From Deltaproteobacteria bacterium (GTDB lineage: Bacteria > Desulfobacterota > Desulfobacteria > Desulfobacterales > Magnetomoraceae), in assembly GCA_002753725.1 (NCBI GenBank), contig PEAL01000001.1:1-51167 (forward strand): a stretch of DNA of 51,167 nucleotides, written 5' to 3'. The position numbers and the translations under genes were made by a program. Within the stretch, counting starts at the first letter, position 1. Each line of letters starts with the position of its first letter. The notes beneath the pieces were generated by a model, which was given only the letters and a program-made list of their open reading frames with translations, made no database searches and had not been told where the DNA came from. This document shows, piece by piece, positions 46,822-51,167 of the stretch.

Positions 46822-47307
46822 ATGATTGAACAAGAAATTATAACATGCTTTGATCGATTGTATGGTCATTACACGGATTTGTATGCGTCCTTGAAAGAAG
46901 AACGCAGATATATCCCTCAATCAAACGTCGATCCTCTTCAAGTTGTTGTTCAAAAAATTGAGAATACTGTGGAAAAAATCAAACAGGAACGGATGGATTT
47001 AGTCTCTTTTCTATCAAAATATACCGGTAGCAGTTCACCTTCACTTGACGTTGATACCTTACTGCGATTTATTTCACCGATTTATCACAATGAATTTCTC
47101 ACACTGTATGAAGATGTTGACCGGTTAATCAATGAAATCAAGCGGTATGGCAAAGAAAACCGGTTTTTGATTGAAGATTGCCTGACATTTATTGATGAGA
47201 CGATTCGAGGGGTACTGGGGGCAAAGGATAGCAATCCAACCTATGACAAAGAAATGAAATTGCGCAAATTAAAAATGAATAACGTATTATTGAATAAAGA
47301 GGTGTAA
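46822..47307 (+). CDS. flgN: FlgN-like flagellar export chaperone
   Basis: 161-aa helical protein directly upstream of, and abutting, flgK. The call rests on position, size and helical heptad-like composition, with no strong motif. Confidence 0.5.
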   Translation: MIEQEIITCFDRLYGHYTDLYASLKEERRYIPQSNVDPLQVVVQKIENTVEKIKQERMDLVSFLSKYTGSSSPSLDVDTLLRFISPIYHNEFLTLYEDVDRLINEIKRYGKENRFLIEDCLTFIDETIRGVLGAKDSNPTYDKEMKLRKLKMNNVLLNKEV

Positions 47308-47308
47308 T

Positions 47309-49540
47309 GTGGGTGGTAGTATAGGCTTGCTGATGCAAATCGGCGTAAGTGGTTTGAGAAATCATCAATATGGTGTGGATGTAACGGCACATAATATTGC
47401 TAACGTCCATACAGATGGTTATTCAAGACAGACAGCGGAAACCTCTGCCAGACCGGGCATTAAAACGGGCGGCTTGGTTTTTGGTCAGGGCATTTATACA
47501 AGTGAAATCAAAAGAAATGTTGATGAAATTGTTAATAAACGACTGGATGAACACCGTTCCGCTTTAGCGAAATATACAGAACTTGAAACTGCCATGACCA
47601 CCCTTGAAGGTTTTTTCAGTGAGACAGGCAACTCCTCAGAAACAAGCTTAAGTGCATTGATGTCAGAGTTTGAAAATGCCTGGCAATCTGTTGCCAACAA
47701 CCCCAGTGGTGAGGCGGAAAGAGCCACATTGCTGGAACAAAGCAAAAGTTTGACAGAATCCTATCGCGGGTTGGATGAATATTTGAGAGATTTTCAGATT
47801 GATCTTACTCGAACCATTGCCAATGGTGTCGATGAAATCAACATGATCACCAGAGAACTTGCTGAAATTAATAAAAAGGTCTATGGCCTTGAGGCAGATT
47901 CTGTTATTGCCAATGATATGCGCGACAAACGAGATGTTTTAATTACAGATTTAAACGAACTGATGAATGTCAACACCTATACTCAGGAAAATGGTTTTAT
48001 TACGGTTACCACTGCAAAAGGGGCAATTCTGGTTAATGGCATGGATAGTTATCAGTTGGAAGCTGTTGGTGATCCAGATACAGGAATGTCTATCATCAAT
48101 TGGCTGACATCCGGCTCGCGTAAACTGGATATCACTGATGGTATCACTGACGGCAGTTTGGGAGGGTGGATTGAAATGCGTGATACCATTATCGGTTATC
48201 CTGATAAAACCGGTATTCGCGCAGACTATAACAGCTTGGCCAAAGAATTTGTATGGTCCATCAATAGGCAACATACCCAGGGATCTGGTATTGAGCTTTT
48301 TCCACCCAGTACCACATTGGTGGGTACGTATTATACAACTGATGATGATGCCACCATGAGCAGCCTGCCCTATGGAGACCGGCTTTATTTTGGGGTTGAT
48401 AAAGTGGGAGATACGCCGGCCATTCCAACCAGTTTTGATATGTGGATCGGAGACAGTGCAGGGGATAATATCAGACGTGTTAATGTTAAAATGATTACTG
48501 CCGGCAGCGTTGGCGAAGAAGATGTCCAATTGCTGACAATTGCAGACACGCCGGGCGAATTGGCCGATACCATCAATAAGCAGGTAGCCCTGGCTTTGGG
48601 AAAAGATGAAGAAGTTTTTGCAGAATTTGCAAAAGTGCCGGTCTTTGCAGAGATGTCAGAAGAAGAACTGGCTGAAATGACAGAAGAAGAACTGGAAGTT
48701 TTGCAGTCTTTACCAGAATCTGCACTGACACTTAAGTTTGGCTCAGATGCAACGTTTTCATTTGGTTTTTCTAATGACAATTCTAATGTGCTTGCAGCTC
48801 TGGGAATCAACACCTTTTTTAAAGGATACACTTCCGGCACCATAAAAATGAACAGTGTCATTGATAATAATATTAACTATATTGCAGCAGGCCGCATTAC
48901 TGATCGCCAGGATACAACCTACAATGTTTCACCGTCCATTCAGATGACCGATCTTGGAACCACAGGAAGCCTTAAAACAGCCGGTCCATACACTGGAACC
49001 GACATTGCCCTTTATGAAGTAAAAGTTGAAGCAACCGCTGATAAAGATGCCGTACAGTTCAAGTGGCGAAAAAGTCTTGACGCGGGAACCACATGGGTTC
49101 AAGGCGAGTGGGCCGATGTCACGGATGTTTTTTCCGGAAAAGATCCTATTACCCTTGAAAATGGTGTAACCCTAACATTTGAAGCAGGAAACTATGTTAA
49201 GGATGAAACCTATCGTGTCGAAGCAACTGCTGGTGGTGTTATTTCATACAGCAGTAATGAAAATGCATTTGCCATCACACAATTGGTTGAACCCATTCAG
49301 GAAAACTATCATAATCAATTGACCATTATCGGTATAAAATCTTTAGCGATTTCTCGGGAAAAAGGGATTATTGACGTTTCCACCGATCAGCTCAATGAAG
49401 TTCGTGATAATATTTCTGGTGTATCCCTTGATCAGGAATTTACAAAACTGGTAGAATTTCAACGATACTATCAGGCTGCTGCGAAGCTTGTCCAAACAGC
49501 AGATGAACTAATGAAAACAGTAACCACATTGAAACAATAA
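47309..49540 (+). CDS. flgK: Flagellar hook-associated protein 1 (FlgK), enlarged 743-aa form
   Basis: N-terminal GVSGLRNHQYGVDVTAHNIANVHTDGYSRQ and a C-terminal VSLDQEFTKLVEFQRYYQAAAKLVQTADELM. GTG start. The central region is large and includes an acidic EMSEEELAEMTEEELEVLQSL segment. Confidence 0.92.
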   Translation: MGGSIGLLMQIGVSGLRNHQYGVDVTAHNIANVHTDGYSRQTAETSARPGIKTGGLVFGQGIYTSEIKRNVDEIVNKRLDEHRSALAKYTELETAMTTLEGFFSETGNSSETSLSALMSEFENAWQSVANNPSGEAERATLLEQSKSLTESYRGLDEYLRDFQIDLTRTIANGVDEINMITRELAEINKKVYGLEADSVIANDMRDKRDVLITDLNELMNVNTYTQENGFITVTTAKGAILVNGMDSYQLEAVGDPDTGMSIINWLTSGSRKLDITDGITDGSLGGWIEMRDTIIGYPDKTGIRADYNSLAKEFVWSINRQHTQGSGIELFPPSTTLVGTYYTTDDDATMSSLPYGDRLYFGVDKVGDTPAIPTSFDMWIGDSAGDNIRRVNVKMITAGSVGEEDVQLLTIADTPGELADTINKQVALALGKDEEVFAEFAKVPVFAEMSEEELAEMTEEELEVLQSLPESALTLKFGSDATFSFGFSNDNSNVLAALGINTFFKGYTSGTIKMNSVIDNNINYIAAGRITDRQDTTYNVSPSIQMTDLGTTGSLKTAGPYTGTDIALYEVKVEATADKDAVQFKWRKSLDAGTTWVQGEWADVTDVFSGKDPITLENGVTLTFEAGNYVKDETYRVEATAGGVISYSSNENAFAITQLVEPIQENYHNQLTIIGIKSLAISREKGIIDVSTDQLNEVRDNISGVSLDQEFTKLVEFQRYYQAAAKLVQTADELMKTVTTLKQ

Positions 49541-49610
49541 AAACAATAGCGAGCATTTAATCTGCATTGCCTTGAAGGCAAAAAAGATTAGCTTCGCAAG
49601 GGGGAAAATT

Positions 49611-50519
49611 ATGAAAGTCGCAACCCTTACCGTATATAAGCATATCCAGGAAAGAGCAGAATATACAAGCAATGCCCTCAATAAAGCCATTGATATGGTT
49701 ACAACTGGCAGAAAAATTACGCAATTATCCGATGATCCATTTCGTTTGTCGCTGATGCTGGATACCCGCGCAGATTTAGCTGATATTGATCAGTACGAGC
49801 GAAACCTTGAAATGGGCGAAGCTTGGTTGGCAAGTACAGAGGAAAGCTTACGAAAAGTTCAGGATCGTCTGGCTGATCTTCAGGTGACGTCTCTGGCCAT
49901 GCTCAACGATACCAATAACAAAAGTGATAGAGAACTGGCCGCTATTAGCGTTGAAGAGGTCATGAACGATATTATTCAGGTGGTTAACACCGATGTGAAC
50001 GGTCGATACATTTATAGTGGTACTCGAACCAATGTCGAACCCTTTGTTTTTATGAACAATGCAGGGGAGGTCGTTGATGTCTCAGAAGCGACACGCGTAA
50101 CCTACAGGGGGGACAATCAGCCGTTTAAAATTCAAACACAAAATGACAATGAATTGACCGTTGGAAACGATGGATCGGCAATCTATGGAACAATGTTTGA
50201 CACTTTACTCAAACTGAGAGATGCGCTAAAAGAAAATGATGTTGATGGAATTGAAGAACAATTGGATCCATTAAAAGCGCATCAGGAACATATTTCCGCT
50301 GAAAACTCAGTGGTTGGATTTCGTATCACCCGACTGAAGTTCAGGCAAAGCGTTCTTGAAGGTGTAAATATTACAACCCAACAGAAACTGGCCAACCTCG
50401 AAGAAGTGGATATGACAGAAGCTATCTCCGAACTGTCTATCAAAGAATTGATGTATCAGGCGGCACTGTCGGCATCCTCAAAAGTGATCAACATGAAAAC
50501 GCTCATGGATTATATATAA
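49611..50519 (+). CDS. flgL: Flagellar hook-associated protein 3 (FlgL)
   Basis: Flagellin-like N-terminus (TGRKITQLSDDP) and a C-terminal VDMTEAISELSIKELMYQAALSASSKVI. The start is at the ATG preceded by AAGGGGGA. Confidence 0.88.
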   Translation: MKVATLTVYKHIQERAEYTSNALNKAIDMVTTGRKITQLSDDPFRLSLMLDTRADLADIDQYERNLEMGEAWLASTEESLRKVQDRLADLQVTSLAMLNDTNNKSDRELAAISVEEVMNDIIQVVNTDVNGRYIYSGTRTNVEPFVFMNNAGEVVDVSEATRVTYRGDNQPFKIQTQNDNELTVGNDGSAIYGTMFDTLLKLRDALKENDVDGIEEQLDPLKAHQEHISAENSVVGFRITRLKFRQSVLEGVNITTQQKLANLEEVDMTEAISELSIKELMYQAALSASSKVINMKTLMDYI

Positions 50520-50616
50520 TTGCAAGAGCAACATGCATAAATTAATTATTCATTTTTTTTCATCATACATCATACACGCTGCACCTGAAATACGCCGAAC
50601 ATCCAAAGATGGAATA

Positions 50617-50663
50617 AAACGGCTTTTAAACCCCATGGCCTTGCAACCATGGGGAAACCGTTT
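50617..50663. other. Nested stem-loop in the long non-coding region downstream of flgL
   Basis: AAACGG-cttttaaa-CCCCATGG-ccttgcaa-CCATGGGG-aaa-CCGTTT has an 8-bp inner stem and a 6-bp outer stem. No T-tract follows. Confidence 0.5.
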
Positions 50664-50933
50664 GTTCCAGGTTACAAAATAAAACCTGCATTTATGGCAA
50701 TCGATTCTTTCAGAATTCATTGCTTATCACCTTTAAATGATTCATAATAAAATTTTAAGTTGCTATCTTTCTTCGAATTGATTATAATTACTTTTTATAT
50801 TAAGACGCAATAACAAAACACCATTTTCCCAAATATTTTTAAAAACGATCAATAATTTTATCAAGAATCTTATCATATCACTAACGTCCTCAGACTGAAC
50901 GTCTCAGGGCAAATGATAAAAAAGGCTGAGAAA

Positions 50934-51167
50934 ATGAAACGACAAGTCATTGTAGGGGGGCTGATTTTCATTTTGGTCGCAACAGCTTATTCTCCTTTGT
51001 TTGCGGACAATGAACAGGAAAAAAAACCGGCTAAGCATGTTACCCTGATGGACAAGATGAAACCCTGGCGTCAAAAAGTCAGAGAACTGATCGCAAAAAA
51101 AAAAGGTTTTGTTTACAAGCTGTTAAATCCAGACAAGGAATCGTTGACTGATACTGAAGATACACAA
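50934..51167 (+). CDS. Partial CDS (5' end) for a putative secreted protein, running off the window
   Basis: ATG 50934 opens a frame that stays open to the window end: MKRQVIVGGLIFILVATAYSPLFADNEQEKK... It has a signal-peptide-like N-terminus. I translated it by hand and it is not in the ORF track. Confidence 0.35.
   Translation, partial: MKRQVIVGGLIFILVATAYSPLFADNEQEKKPAKHVTLMDKMKPWRQKVRELIAKKKGFVYKLLNPDKESLTDTEDTQ

Noticed and set aside
1-51167. A search by eye for CRISPR arrays, IS elements or transposases, integrases, prophage blocks and classic defence genes (restriction-modification, Cas, nucleases with ATPase partners).
   Set aside because: None were found. The only compositionally foreign-looking segment is the two-gene cassette at 45365-46440, which is reported as a finding.

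Overview
This 51.2-kb chromosomal window comes from an AT-rich, flagellated, sulfate-reducing bacterium. Gene content suggests Desulfobacterota, probably Desulfobacterales-like, but that is inference. No transposases, integrases, CRISPR arrays or rRNA genes were seen.

Gene content, left to right:
- tRNA-Leu(CAG) on the minus strand.
- ribF, a flippase-like membrane protein, def and fmt.
- A secreted double-SRPBCC protein and a GT2 glycosyltransferase.
- A sensory island: a PAS/sigma-54 enhancer-binding protein, an amidohydrolase, two giant tandem paralogous chemoreceptors and cheW on the minus strand, and a divergent CheR-TPR gene.
- DUF3786 and YkgJ-type Cys-cluster genes, divergent from the dissimilatory sulfate-reduction core aprBA-qmoABC.
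- Convergent rbr-dfx oxidative-stress genes.
- A queH / orphan / M48-TPR membrane protease operon, a PilZ gene and rlmN.
- The conserved ffh-rpsP-KH-rimM-trmD-(extra RNA methyltransferase)-rplS-rnhB-yraN-rsmI block, followed by a PPTase.
- A flagellar rod/ring/hook-junction cluster, flgFGAHI-[2 inserted genes]-flgJ-flgN-flgKL.

Strongest candidates for something new:
1. An AT-rich two-gene cassette (a 2-TM protein plus an ImmA/IrrE-type Zn peptidase) is translationally spliced into the flgI-flgJ junction. It sits next to a FlgJ that has only the rod-binding domain.
2. A cysteine-rich cytoplasmic PAS module is shared by both chemoreceptors and by the neighbouring sigma-54 activator.

Other observations: a terminator plus a large hairpin in the 340-nt aprA-qmoA spacer, a repeated TCCCAAA-N8-TTTGGGA palindrome, a GFGEF C-terminal pentapeptide on one receptor only, and well-matched sigma-54 and sigma-28 promoters inside the flagellar cluster.

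All calls rest on reading motifs in the supplied ORF translations and the DNA. No database searches were run.
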